From contig OX597836.1 in NCBI GenBank assembly GCA_951406725.2, positions 930,001 to 994,000 on the forward strand: a DNA stretch of 64,000 nucleotides, in the 5' to 3' direction. Position 1 is the first letter of the stretch. Each line of letters begins with the position of its first letter. The DNA is from Octopus vulgaris. Taxonomy: Eukaryota. The position numbers were made by a program, and so were the translations under genes. The notes under the pieces are model-generated. The model did not search any database, was not told the origin of the DNA, and saw only the letters and a list, made by a program, of their open reading frames with translations. Shown one piece after another: positions 1 to 14,402 of this stretch.

Positions 1-75
1 ATGTAGTTAGGAAGTTCGTTCATCAGCCAACTGGTGCGGGTTCAATCCCACTGCGCAACACTCTGGGTCGATTAA
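1..75 (+). mobile_element. SINE family A, tRNA-derived head fragment
   Basis: B-box-like GGGTTCAATCCCACTGCG matches the head of the full copy at 8765. Confidence 0.55.
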
Positions 76-451
76 AGACACGTGAATGAGATCTGAACTT
101 GTCGTAGGGACTCGAAACTATTCTTCGATGTTAGACTCATTCTGTCAGCCGGTTTCGATCCCTTGTCTTTTAAATTTTCCGGATTGGGAGGTAAATATAA
201 CTCCTGTCTAGATAACAGGCTGAGGCTTTTTATTTGTCTGTCTGTCTCGTATCTATCTATCTATCTATCTATCTATACACGATCCCTATTGATCGTTTTT
301 CTTTTCCTTTTTACTTTCTTTTCTTTCCCTTTTACGATCCCTTTTGATCAAAAACCTACCCCACCATTTTTCTTCTCTCCCACAAAAAGAAAAGCTCTAC
401 TTTGTAATCTGTCCCGTCTGTGTGCAGCCCTGTGTGACTAATAAAGAAACA

Positions 452-509
<58 letters not shown>

Positions 510-514
510 ACTAT

Positions 515-681
515 TCTTTATTGCAGTGATTGGACTACAACCATGCCGAGTCGTCGCCCAGAAGGGATAAGTCGAAGAAATAGGCCGCCATACTTATTTA
601 TCTCAAAGTCTACTTATTTTCGGGGACGTAGATAAACCAGCACTGGTTGTCAAGTGATGGTGGAGGAAAACACAAAGGCAG

Positions 682-685
<4 letters not shown>
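515..685 (-). mobile_element. SINE family A, decayed 3' half
   Basis: CGGGGACGTAGATAAACCAGCACTGGTTGTCAAGTGATGG matches the copies at 29145 and 50305 and runs into the internal (CA)n tract. Confidence 0.75.
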
Positions 686-737
<52 letters not shown>

Positions 738-1910
738 GTAGATAAAATGTTTTTAAATTCATACAAACAACAAAAATCGACCGAAAAGGGATTGAATGTA
801 AGTGAAGCATTTAATATTCCATTTCGATTGGTCGCAGTCGTATTTCATTTGAACTTTTTAATAAACCGAGAGCAACGAATCCAATTTATGAACTCAGATC
901 CCACAAAACACACACACACACACACAGACACACACACACTTCTCTATTCGGGGATATCCTGCACATTCTCTGCCCACCATATCCCACCTATAAGCTTTTA
1001 GTCAACATACATTTATTTATATAAATTACTTTGTTACATAAATACCACGCTATTATCTACATGTTCGTGTGTGTGTGTGTGTGTGCTGTGTGTGTGTGCT
1101 GTGTACTCGTGTGCATCCATTAAGATAGTTGGAGGTGTGACCTCGTCAACAATAGTTGGAAGTTTATTACTTGGTGCAGGGCGAAGCACTTTGCATTAAA
1201 CACACGCACACACACACACACACACACAAATGCATACGCCCGCGCACACATATACACATGTATATGTGCGCGTGCATGAGTCTACATGTGAATGCATGTG
1301 TGCGCTCGAGCTTATTGTCCGATTCTTGGCCTTAATGTCAGTCAGCCATTGTGTTTTCGCCACCCAGATCAAACATGAAACACTTGAATCCGTCAACCCT
1401 CTTCACCTGTCTCTATTTCAATCTCTTTCTTTCAGTCAGTCAGCCTCTCTCTCCCTCTCTCCCTCTCTCTCTCATACTCTCCTATACACACTTGCACTCA
1501 TTCATAAAGAACACAAAGCAGAAAGTTGAAGAAAATAATGGAAAATAATGGAAAATAAAACGTTTTTGTCGGGTATAAGAAACACACTTAACACCCTAAA
1601 TATTTACTCAAAAGCTCTCACAAAGCATAAACCACTTCATTTGTTTGGTCCAAGCGTTTTGTTATTGTATCTTTGTATTTTCTATTATATTTCTTCTTTA
1701 AACTCGTCTCTGTTCAACTTCTGTCAATTTTATTTCACTCTCACGCGCTTCATTCGTTCTCGACGTCAATTCTCTCCTCTTTCGTTTCCGCTTTCTTTCA
1801 CTATCGTTTTCAAGGTTTATCTCTCTTTACCCCCCCCACCTCCCCCTCTCATTTGCGCTGTTCTCTCTCTTTGCGAAGCCAAGCTGGTGGCAGTGACAAT
1901 GTTCTTGCTA

Positions 1911-2090
1911 TTGTTGTTTAGCTCGAGTCCCTCCTATTACTGCAAGACCTTTTATCGACTGAATTCCGACGGTAACCAGCCCGTCTCTTATTCAAACACA
2001 GTGTATCAGGGACTACATTATTCAGTGTGTCCTATTTTGAATCCATCGTAGGAAATTTGAAGAAAGTTTGGCTGTTATTTCTTACAGGGT
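1911..2090 (-). mobile_element. Unclassified dispersed repeat family D (strand defined by the (CAA)n tail)
   Basis: GGACTACATTATTCAGTGTGTCC...TTTGGCTGTTATTTC, a core shared with ~20 copies. Confidence 0.65.
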
Positions 2091-2240
2091 GTGTATGCCT
2101 ATACACATACATACCTACATATATATATTTACAAACATACAGATGCATAAAAATATGTATCCGCGAAATATACTTCACACGACAAATGTGAGAAACTTTA
2201 GTGAAAACATGTAAATTTTAAATTTCATGCCAAAAGATGC

Positions 2241-2290
<50 letters not shown>

Positions 2291-3129
2291 CGCACACACA
2301 CCTGTATGGAATCTACAAAACGTACTTCAGACAACCAAACGTCAATGTAAACACAAAAGTAAATTTCTTGATTCCGATCCTTTTTCTGGAAGCACAAGGA
2401 CAACACTTTCTCATCCATGGATCATTCATTTAGAAGGCGGCTCCATTATTCAACATTTTAAGCAAAGCAAGAGAGAACATCAATAGTTGACAGCACCCTC
2501 GGGTATCCACCCCAACCCGCCAAATCGAAAATTAGCTAGAGAAAGTACACACAAAACACACCCCCAAACACCGATTTTAAACACAGTTTATATTCACTGC
2601 TGATGGCTTGGATAGCTTCTACATTATCACCATTGAGACTCCGTCGTATTTTTGAAAAAGACGGGTATTTTGTGTAATGAACTCCTAGATACCCGTAAGT
2701 GCAAACCGAATGGTCCTTGTTAAAATAGTGTCGACCGTGGATTTGCAGGATCCTTGGGGCGGAGGGGAGTGGATACAAACAAACAACATTCCTGAAGAAT
2801 GGTAATTAAGATAACTCCTAAGATTCCTGCAGACTCCTACATTGGAAACTAAAGAAGCATTAGTTTAAGAAGCACGCGATGTGTATGTGGCGGCGGCGGG
2901 GATGACGGAGTGTGTCGTCGTCTGATGCGGAAGAAAGCAAAAGAGTAGATGCCCTCTGGGGGGGGGGGGGAGAAAGAAAGAGAGAGGAGTGAGTGTGTGT
3001 GTGTGTGTGTGCATATTGTGATGGTGTTGGGGTGATATGGCGAGAAATATGGTCGACTTAACTCTTGAAAGAGTTTCCCCATCCAAATCTCCGCAGTCTA
3101 CTTGAAAGAAACCAACACACACACAGGTG

Positions 3130-3176
<47 letters not shown>

Positions 3177-3192
3177 ATATATGTGTGTATGT

Positions 3193-3232
<40 letters not shown>

Positions 3233-3917
3233 TATTTGACTTATTTAGTTTGGCTGAATGTGTGCCATTGCAATGATGTCGTTAAACCAGCACCTTCCAG
3301 CCATGACCAAATATTTGATTACACGTCGCGAAGTACTTCGTCAGTTGAACAACAACAACAACACACACATATACTTCCTCAGGTGCACGAACTTTCTCGA
3401 GAGCGCAAACACACAACATATTCGCGCAAATAAACATTGAAGAATATCAGCGCGAATAAAATAAAGCAACAACGGAAAACATGGACAGCCATAAGTGTTG
3501 TAGAAGAAGACCGGAGGGGGGGGGGAAGAGGGGGCAGATGGCGGGGGTGGAAGGGCAGAAGAAGAAAGAAAGAAAGAAAGAACTTGGAGAGACAAGTGAA
3601 AAAACAGAAAGATACACGCAAAAAGAAATAAAACAAAAGTCTTAAGAAAAACAGATGAAGATGTAATAAAATGGAAGACAACTAGAAAAAAAAACGAGAA
3701 GAGAAGAAACCGACAAGAGATATAAGATGAAGAAGAAGAAGAAGAAGGAATGAGAGAGAAGAAAAAGTGAAAGAAAACGGAAAAGCAATTCTACAGACAT
3801 CTGTTAGGTTTGTGTTTCGTCAGGACTTTTGACAGCGATTTGATGGCAGCCATATTGTTCTCACAGATTTTTGTTTGTTGTTTGTTTTATTTGTTTCTTG
3901 TGGAAGGATTTGGGTGT

Positions 3918-3949
<32 letters not shown>
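3918..3949. repeat. (GGC)n trinucleotide repeat
   Basis: Directly visible. Confidence 0.95.
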
Positions 3950-3951
<2 letters not shown>

Positions 3952-4264
3952 AGGAACATCTTTAAAACGAATTAACATAGTCAGAAAAGTTTTTGATGTA
4001 TTCTCTGTGTGTTTGTGTGTGTGTGTGTGTGTGTGTTATTTTACTTTCGTACTGGTTGCGTTCAAGAGACAAGAGGCTGGGCAGAACCTTCGAGAGTTCT
4101 ACTCTATCGTACCGACTACAGTTAGTCTGCTGCTTCTTTCATCGATCCATATTTATCGAAACGTTAAGTTAAAAGTAAAAAAGAACATAAAGAAAAGCAA
4201 CAGCATAAAATATAAGTGGAGACGGAGAAACACACACCAGAGGTAAATATATAAATGCGTGTGC

Positions 4265-4295
<31 letters not shown>

Positions 4296-4329
4296 GTGTA
4301 AATGTCATTATATATATATTATATGTATG

Positions 4330-4360
<31 letters not shown>

Positions 4361-4705
4361 AAACACACATAAATTTGTATATTATGTGTATACATATGTG
4401 TAGATGTATACTCTATGCACAAATGTGTGAGTCTCTCGCTCTCTCTTTCTCTCTCTCTCTCTCTCTACACTTGATTTTCTACAACGAATCGTTAATTGGA
4501 GATCCATTCAATACGTTGAAGTAGTTTTGCATTTATTTTAACGAGAAAAACTTTGAAAGTGACTTCGAAGTTCTGGCTTGGCAGCCTTTGTCAACCTTTC
4601 TTAAATTATTATGTATGAATATTTATGCATCACTTTTGTGTATATGTATGTATGTATGTAAGTATGTATCTGCGTGTGTGTATGCATATATTTTCGGGTG
4701 TTTAT

Positions 4706-4784
<79 letters not shown>

Positions 4785-4998
4785 AGTGTAGGAATGCGTG
4801 TGCAGATACGTATAACTTTATGAATCTGTATGCATGTATGTATACACGTATGTTTGGAGTAAACTCTTGTCAAAAAGATATTCTACATTCCCCCTTTTCA
4901 TTTCATTCTGCCATTTTTTTTCCTCTGAAATTTTTCGAGTTCACGTCTGGTTCTCTCTTCTGCGCCTTGCTCAACACCTCCTCACCCCCCTCTCTCTG

Positions 4999-5029
<31 letters not shown>

Positions 5030-5281
5030 GTAAAGTTCGTGGTGGGAGATGAAAAAAAAATAAAAGCAATTCCTGGCAGAGATAAGATGTCATTAAACCG
5101 TAATTACTATAATCATTACAATGACACATAGGTATTATATGTTATTAGCCTAATCTGGTATTAAGGTTTGTGACACCCATCAGCCATTCCACCCTCCACC
5201 ACAGCTAAAACGCTTTCACCTTCTCCATCCATAATCCTTAGACGTACAAATGAGCCTTGCAGCTGGCAAATGCGCAGCACA

Positions 5282-5328
<47 letters not shown>

Positions 5329-5418
5329 GTGTGCATCAAAGTTTATTGCACACATTTATATGTAAATAGCTCTATAAATATATGCACATGCACACACACG
5401 TGCATACATGTACATACA

Positions 5419-5455
<37 letters not shown>

Positions 5456-6016
5456 AGAGAGAGAGAGAAAGAGATAAATAGATATCTATAATAGAAACCT
5501 TGACTGGCTAGTGAACAATGTGTGTGTGTGTGCGCGCGCACACACACACATCTAAGTGTGACTGCGAAGGAGAAGAGAATGTCCCCATTATTGTTAACAG
5601 TGTTGCATTTTGTAGAAGACTGGTTTCCCAAATCGCTCGACGGACCACTGTCCACCAATCAGGTCAGAAACAGCAACTGATGAAAGCGTTTTGCAGCATC
5701 GCAAGACCAATCCAGTCATCAGTCGGCGAGATGCAACAGACAAAACTCTTTAGTCTCTGATATCACAATCCCCCTTAGCGTCTATAATTGTAGGTACAAG
5801 ATGTGAACGATTCAATTTCACACCGCTGTTCCCTTGCCAACCCGGGTCCCAGTTACAGATATTATATCATTGGGGCTCAGTTCAGCCCTTAATTTTATTT
5901 GCAGTCTGTAATTGAACCGAAGACATTAGACAATCAGATTACTTACGAAAAGACCAGAAATAAAACAAAGGGGCAGGCTGAAACGTATGGTTCATTCACC
6001 ACACACACACACACTC

Positions 6017-6052
<36 letters not shown>

Positions 6053-6163
6053 TTTACTTGTAGGTTCACAAAGCTACCAATGGTTTCATGTAGAGGAGAG
6101 ATCTTTACAATTGTTCAAGCGTACAACATGAGAACGTTGGTACTCGTCTCCATTTTGGATGAT

Positions 6164-6221
<58 letters not shown>

Positions 6222-7176
6222 CGTTATCCGTTTACCTTTATATTTAAAACATAGGTACATATCCAAATATATAACAAGCTATACTGTTATATAGACCGAC
6301 ATATTCCGTTGCTGAAAGTAGGTTGATCAGTTTTATATAAGCACATACATACATACATTTAAGTATCTTACAACTGTTCAAATATCTTCTCCGAAATTTT
6401 ACTGAGTAAATTTCTTTCAACTGCTCAAAGCAAGCTTAAATAGACTATGTTAAGCTGATGAGGTCCATTAAACAGAAACACGTCCCTTGTCACTTTGCCT
6501 GCAAATACTCAGATTTCACCCAAGCGTGAAAATCAGTTCCGTAACAAGTCCGAATTCCTATGAATTATCTCCCCTTTTCTTTTAGAGTCGCTAAAAACTG
6601 CCGCCATTAAAGTTTCATTTAATTAGAAATTTTTAGCCCCTTTCATTTCTTACATCATTTCTTCATTTACAGATTTGCACGTCTGGACATGTATGTATAT
6701 GTGTGTGCGAGTGTTTCAATGAATGCGTGAGTGTAAGTGTGGACGTGCATGTACGTAGTATGTATAGGTGTGGGTGAGCATGTGTGTGTGTGTGTGTGTA
6801 CGTGATTGGTTGATTGATGTCGTTAGGTGCACAACTATTCTTGGAAAGAAAACAAAGAGAATTTTAAATATTCTCACACCACCACCACCACCACCACTAC
6901 CCAACACCGTTTAACCATCACCACCGTCCCCAGCACAACTATACTAATGATGAGTTAAGAACTCCCCCACCACATCACAACCCAGATCCCACCCCAACCA
7001 CACACCGTGGCCCAGCATTGCCAACAGCGAAGTAGAAAGATCACGTGGTTAGATGTTTTTTTTTCTTTATTTGACCAGAGGCGCGATTGTTAAATTCTCT
7101 CGTATCCACCCAACAAAACACCACACCACCGCACTCATACATCTGCCTCAATACCGCATCACTACACCTCCGACAC

Positions 7177-7213
<37 letters not shown>

Positions 7214-7273
7214 AATGTGTGTGTGTGTGTATATAATTTATCCATATATCTATATATATGCATATATCTGTGT

Positions 7274-7342
<69 letters not shown>

Positions 7343-7365
7343 CACACACACACATATATATATAT

Positions 7366-7397
<32 letters not shown>

Positions 7398-8326
7398 TCA
7401 TACATACTTAGTGAAACGTACATACGCAAACAGTCAAGCGTAATGGCTACAAAGACCCGCATATAGGCGGTGCACATGCTTAAAGCGTTAACCGTTTTCA
7501 GGTGAGTAGTGAGAGATATTCTACCTTACGCAGCTCCACCTGGATTTTAACAGCAACAACAACAGCGAGAAGAGTATTAAAAATATTAATAATACTGAGA
7601 ATAATGTTGGGAATATTTGGTGCAAATATGACAGCTGTGGGCATTAGTGGGGCAACTGACGGTGGGTGATGTCGACTGGAAATAACACTAATGACACCGA
7701 TTGAGACAAAGGGGCGATATTATGCACGGATTAGTGTTTACAACTTGAGATAAACATGGATTATTTAGGTAAAAGAGATTAAAGTCACATGAGATGAAAA
7801 TTCATAAGCTCTGTGTGTGCAAGTCTCTGTGTCTACACACACACGCACACACACACACACACATTCATATACACATATGTGATTATGTATATACACGTAT
7901 ATATACTTATATATATATATATGTGTGTGTGTATATATATATATGTATGTGTATATATATATATGTATGTTTATATATATATACACATACATATATATAT
8001 ATACACATACATATATATACACACACATACATATATATATATACACACACATATATGTATGTTTATATATATATATATATGAGAGGTAAGTAAATGTGTG
8101 TGTGTATATATATATATATATGTATAAATAAGTGTATGTACGTGTATATATATATATTTATATATATGTATATATAGACAGAAGGATAGATAGTTATGTA
8201 TATACACATATATATATATATGTGTGTGTGCCCTTATAAATATAAATTTTATATATATATATATATACATATTATATAAACAGATAGACAGATAGATAAA
8301 TAAGTGTATGTATGTATGTATGTATG

Positions 8327-8365
<39 letters not shown>

Positions 8366-8632
8366 TCTTGCACTTTATAAATATATGTATATATATATAT
8401 ACACACACACACATAGGTAGATAAGTGTATGTGTATATATACATATGTGTATGTATTTTTGGATAGATAAGTACGTCAATATATATAAATATAAACATAT
8501 ACACACTTGTCTGTCTATATATATATAGATAGTTAGGTAGATGCATAAGTATATATATATTTACATATATACACATATATGTGCATATATACGTATTTAT
8601 GTATATGTATGTATCTATACAGAAACACACAA

Positions 8633-8663
<31 letters not shown>

Positions 8664-8723
8664 CATACATATAACCATATTTATCTATCTATATGTATAT
8701 GAATATGTACGTATATGTATGAA

Positions 8724-8764
<41 letters not shown>

Positions 8765-8765
<1 letters not shown>

Positions 8766-9150
8766 GTCGCAGGAGTAGCCGTGTGGTAAAAGCTTACTTC
8801 CCAACCACGTGGTTGCGGGTTCAGTATCACTGTGTGGCACCTTGTGCACGAGTTTTCTGCTATGGTCTCGGACTGACCAAAGCCTTGTGAGTAGATTTGG
8901 TAGACGGAAACTGAATGAAGCCCGTCACATATATTTTTGTGTGTCTGTGTGTGTTTGTTCCTCCCTCCATCGCTGACCACCGATGCTGGTGTGTTTACGT
9001 TCCCGTAACTTACCGGTTCGGCAAAAGAACCGATAGAATAAGTACTAGTCTCACAAAGAATAAGTCCTGAAGACAATTTGTTCGACTAAAGTGGTGATCC
9101 AGCATGGGCAAAGTCAAATGACTGAAACAAGTAAAGAATAAGAGAAAGAA
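8765..9150 (+). mobile_element. SINE family A, near full-length tRNA-derived SINE (octopus OR/OK-type)
   Basis: A-box TAGCCGTGTGG (8776), B-box GGGTTCAGT (8817), body GCCTTGTGAGTAGATTTGGTAGACGGAAACTGAA, short internal TG tract, tail GACTGAAACAAGTAAAGAATAAG. Many homologues in the window. Confidence 0.9.
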
Positions 9151-9157
9151 TAAACGA

Positions 9158-9222
9158 ATATATATATATATACGTATATGTATGTATGAATATATATATA
9201 TGTGTGTGTGTGTGTGTGCATG

Positions 9223-9261
<39 letters not shown>

Positions 9262-9898
9262 GCATATATATATACATACATACATATATATATACATATA
9301 TACATACATACATATATATATACATATATACATATACATACATACATATATACATATATATATATACATATATACATATACATATATATATACACACATA
9401 TATACATACATACATATATATATATATATTTATATATATATATATACATATGCACATACATACACATGTATATATATATATATACATATCTATACATATG
9501 CACATACATACATACATATATATATATATATACATATACATACATATATATATATATACATACATATATATATATATACATACATACATATACATACATA
9601 TATATATATATACATACATACATATACATACATATATATATATACATACATATATATATATATACATACATACATATATATATATACATACATACATATA
9701 TATACATACATACATATATATATACATACATACATATATATATATACATACATATATATATATACATACATACATATATATATACATACATATATATATA
9801 TACATACATACATATATATATATACATACATACATATATATATATACATACATACATACATATATATATATACATACATATATATATATATACATACA

Positions 9899-9976
<78 letters not shown>

Positions 9977-10088
9977 CATACATATATATATATATACATA
10001 CAATATATATATATATATATACATACATATATATATATACATACATACATATATATATACATACATACATATATATATATATACATAC

Positions 10089-10123
<35 letters not shown>

Positions 10124-10357
10124 CATACATATATATATATACATACATATATATATATATACATACATATATATATATATATATACATACATATATATAT
10201 ATATACATACATATATATATATATACATACATATATATATATACATACATATATATATATATACATACATATATATATATATACATATACATACAATATA
10301 TATATATATACATACATATATATATATATACATACATATATATATATATATACATAC

Positions 10358-10390
<33 letters not shown>

Positions 10391-10477
10391 CATACATATA
10401 TATATATATACATACATATATATATATATATATACATACATATATATATACATACATACATATATATATATACATAC

Positions 10478-10510
<33 letters not shown>

Positions 10511-10671
10511 CATATATATACATACATATATATATACATACATACATACATATATATATATACATACATATATATATATACATACATATATACATACATA
10601 TATATATATACATACATATATACATACATATATATATACATACATATATACATACATATATACATACATAT

Positions 10672-10734
<63 letters not shown>

Positions 10735-10735
10735 C
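9158..10735. repeat. ~1.6-kb compound (TA)n/(TACA)n microsatellite array
   Basis: Directly visible. It produces the spurious 400-670 aa Y/I/H/T ORFs in all frames. Confidence 0.98.
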
Positions 10736-10764
10736 CTGTATGCATATGTATGCACCTGTATGCG

Positions 10765-10810
10765 GAATTTCGACTTTGCCTTTCATCCTTTCGGGGTCGA
10801 TAAATAAAAA
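10765..10810 (+). mobile_element. SINE family B central-domain fragment
   Basis: TCGACTTTGCCTTTCATCCTTTCGGGGTCGATAAAT is near-identical to the reverse complement of the 57385 copy. Confidence 0.8.
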
Positions 10811-11004
10811 AGTATGCGTATATATAAGAAGACCAAAGTGCGTAAAGCAAGCGACCGAGAATATGGAGGGAAGAAATTAAGAAATCTATCTCCAGGGGAG
10901 AGAGGGACGACATATCCCATGGTGAAGAGGGATGCCACTTGTCTGTTAGTCTTTTGTGACAAAAGTGTAATTTCATGTTACTATTAGCTGTACAGAATAT
11001 AAAT

Positions 11005-11133
11005 TTAAACCACGCGGTTCCGGGATCAGTTTCCCTGCGCGGCAACATGGGCAAACGTCTTCTACTATCGCTCACTGGCCGATCAGAGCCTTGTGAGTCA
11101 ATTTGGCAAGCAGAGAGTGTGTAGAAGCCCATC

Positions 11134-11172
<39 letters not shown>

Positions 11173-11340
11173 TGTGTGTGTGTGTTTGTCTACGTTTCTG
11201 TTAGCTAGCGGTACATCAAAAGAGACCGATATAAGTTCCAGACTCACGAATAAATACTGAGATCGATCACTTCACTTAAATCCTTCAAAGCAGTGCTCCA
11301 GTATGGTTGCAACCCGATGACTGAAACAATTAAAAGATAA
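11005..11340 (+). mobile_element. SINE family A, decayed near full-length copy
   Basis: CCACGCGGTTCCGGGATCAGT...GTCTTCTACTAT...(TG)n...AGAGACCGATA...GACTGAAACAA is colinear with 8765-9150. Confidence 0.85.
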
Positions 11341-12029
11341 ATGCAGTGTTTGCCTATTGATCACGATGCACAGGGATCCAGTAAAACAAGTGCGTATATA
11401 TCTATATCTATAAATGTATGTATAGCCCATTTATACGCCAACCAGTCGTGACGTCAACTACTGCTATATATCACGTGCTTAAATGAGCAAACTGTCTTTA
11501 ATTCAACAGTGGCTGTTAAGGTTATCATCCAAATATCCAAATATCCTGTCAAGTAACTTCTGTTAAAGAATACATACTTTATGTAGCATAATTGAAGCCC
11601 TTTCCCCTAGTTTACTTAATGCAAACTGACATAAAATCCTAGTCCTGAATATTTCGCTAAAACGAATTATATATATATATACATCATCACTATCGAACCA
11701 AGAGTTTGACTACGGTCTGTCCATAGCACTTACCTAGCGTTACCTGCCACTCTTTGGGTCTTCTCAGCTTACCTGAGTTATATTCACCCAGGAATGACAC
11801 GATATTAATTCTGTTCTACTTGAATGAGGTATTTTATTCCCTCACATAAAGAAAGAAAGAAAAAGAGAATACGTAGATAAGAGATAAAGTTCCCAGGTGA
11901 CCATAGCGTTGGTTGTAAGTCTGATCGATCAGGGCTCACCTGGCCATTGACAACATCCATTTCTTCCCCCTGGTTACAGATTACCAACTACAAGGAAACT
12001 ACTCGGCATCAGCCAGCAAAGGCCTCACT

Positions 12030-12200
12030 ATGTGGTCGATGAAACTGCTAGAAATAACAACCAAATCCACTGCAAATTACACTCGACAGTCTTTAAAAAA
12101 AGATGACACATTTGAAAATATTGTTCCGGATAAGAAATGTATGTAGAAAAAATATCGACGAGATTGTCATGTCTGGAACATTTTTGAACAGAGTAAATCA
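12030..12200 (+). mobile_element. Family D repeat copy
   Basis: CTGCTAGAAATAACAACCAAATC...GTCTTTAAAAAAAGATGACACATT. Confidence 0.65.
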
Positions 12201-12535
12201 TAGGCAAACTAGTAATGCGCAATACACACACACACACACACACACATACACACACACATTATAACGATCACTTCGGCAGTATTAAACATATACAAATATA
12301 AGTTAAAGTGTTGAAAGGTATATATGCGCACGCATGCGCACAATCCATGTATGTGCGCGTGTGGTGTGTCCGCATGTGTACCCGGTGTTGTCTATCAACT
12401 AATTTACACACACACACACACACACACGCCTCTTTCTCTCTCCAGTGCTTAATTAATTCGGTTCCCAGCTGACTCACAAACATAATGTTTCTCTTTCATT
12501 GTTCAGGTTTGCTTGCGCTTGTTCTCATTTACTCT

Positions 12536-12536
12536 A

Positions 12537-12569
<33 letters not shown>

Positions 12570-12752
12570 GATAGATAGATGTATACACACACACACACAC
12601 ACACACCTCGTGTCTATCTATCTATATATTTCTACCTACACACTCACACACACACACACACATATATAGATAGATAGATAGATGTATACACACACACACA
12701 CACACACACCTCGTGTCTATCTATCTATATATTTCTACCTACACTCACACAG

Positions 12753-12803
<51 letters not shown>

Positions 12804-12873
12804 GATGTATACATACACACACACACACACACACCACGTGTCTATGTATATATTTCTATCTACACTCACACAG

Positions 12874-12922
<49 letters not shown>

Positions 12923-12990
12923 GATGTATACATACACACACACACATACACACCTCGTGTCTATCTCTGTATATATCTATCTACACTCAC
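12536..12990. repeat. Higher-order tandem repeat: about four units of ~100-120 bp built from (CA)n/(TA)n/(GATA)n with unique anchors
   Basis: Anchors GATGTATACA and CACC(T/A)CGTGTCTAT recur four times. Confidence 0.9.
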
Positions 12991-13198
12991 ATAGACATAG
13001 AAGTAATGATTATATATACATACATACATACATATATATATACATGTATGTATATCCTTTACTCTCACCAATACAGACGCTGCTATACCTGTTGCCACTA
13101 TATTAACCGCCACCTCCTGCAACACGACTGCATCAGAATCACTCAAGCAACACACACACACACACACACACGCACACACACACACGCACACACACACA

Positions 13199-13240
<42 letters not shown>

Positions 13241-13569
13241 GAGCAGAGCAGAGAAAAAACCGGTCGAACAAGGATGAGATAAAAGATGAAAGAGAGAAGG
13301 GAAGAATGAAAACATTGAAAGAGAGAAATGAAAGAAAGCAGCAGGAAAGAGAGAGAAAAACAATCAATAAATTGTAAAGAATATCAAAGAATAAAACACA
13401 ATAGAGAGATCGATAGTGGAAGTAGTGGGGTGGGGAGTGGGGGTGGTATTGATGACGTTGGTAGTAGTAGTAGTGGTGGTGATGGTGGTGGAGTTGCTGA
13501 GCTAGAGGAGGTGAAGCTGTTGATGATGAAGTCGGTGGTGGTGATGGTGGTGAGGTGCTAACGAGTTTG

Positions 13570-13679
13570 TTGCTGTTGTTTAACCCATGGTCACTCCCGA
13601 GACAGTAGCCACGTAATAAACAAAGATCATTTCGCTGAAACCATCTCCATCTATTTCGTTTCAGATATATCTTCTACGA

Positions 13680-13731
<52 letters not shown>

Positions 13732-13832
13732 CACACATATATATATATTTATATACACATATATATATATATATTTATATACACATATATATATATATAT
13801 ATTTATATACACATATATATATATATTTATAT

Positions 13833-13877
<45 letters not shown>

Positions 13878-13950
13878 GAATTAAGAAAGATTTGACTCCT
13901 ATTTCTAGTATGCCGACCGCTAGATACAGCAGTGTCTTCCTCGGTAGTCA
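13570..13950 (-). mobile_element. Family D repeat copy split by a ~190-bp TA-rich array
   Basis: GTTGTTTAACCCATGGTCAC on the left of the array and GATTTGACTCCTATTTCTAG on the right. Confidence 0.55.
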
Positions 13951-14299
13951 TGGCACGTGGTGGGGAGAGGGGGAATTAGGATGTGGTGGTGTTGATGACC
14001 GCGAAGGTGAAGACCGAGACTGAATTGGTGAGAATTGAACCCAAAACCATGACCTATAAGGGAGGTTAATAACCATAAAGTCGAGAGTAACGGCTTGATG
14101 TCTCCTAGACACGACCTCCATTACATCCTTTCCTCCACACATTTTATATAGTTTTTTTTTTTTAAGCCAAAACAATGAAACTTATAAAAAATTACAGATC
14201 GATGGTTCGATATATTTCAATGCTTCGGAGTCTAATTGTCTAATTGTTCGACCAACTGAACGAACTCCTTTCCTCTTACAAAGCTGAAGGTTCCTGAAC

Positions 14300-14402
14300 C
14301 AACGGTAAAGATGTTTTTCGCAAATGCTACGCGCTGTGATCGAACTTAGAATCTCGCACTTACGAGACAAACTGCTTTACCACTCGCTCATACCTGTGGC
14401 CA
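14300..14402 (-). mobile_element. SINE family A head, highly decayed
   Basis: GATCGAAC...AAACTGCTTTACCACTCGCTCATACCTG resembles the reverse complement of the family A head. Confidence 0.5.

Noticed and set aside
5678-5725. CTGATGA motifs as hammerhead cores (also at 32153, 61312 and 62291)
   Set aside because: No stem II and/or no properly placed GAAA and cleavage triplet.
9114-11132. Long ORFs of 420-670 aa in five frames
   Set aside because: They are translations of a stop-free (TA)n/(TACA)n microsatellite, as are most [12 protein letters not shown] ORFs in the track.
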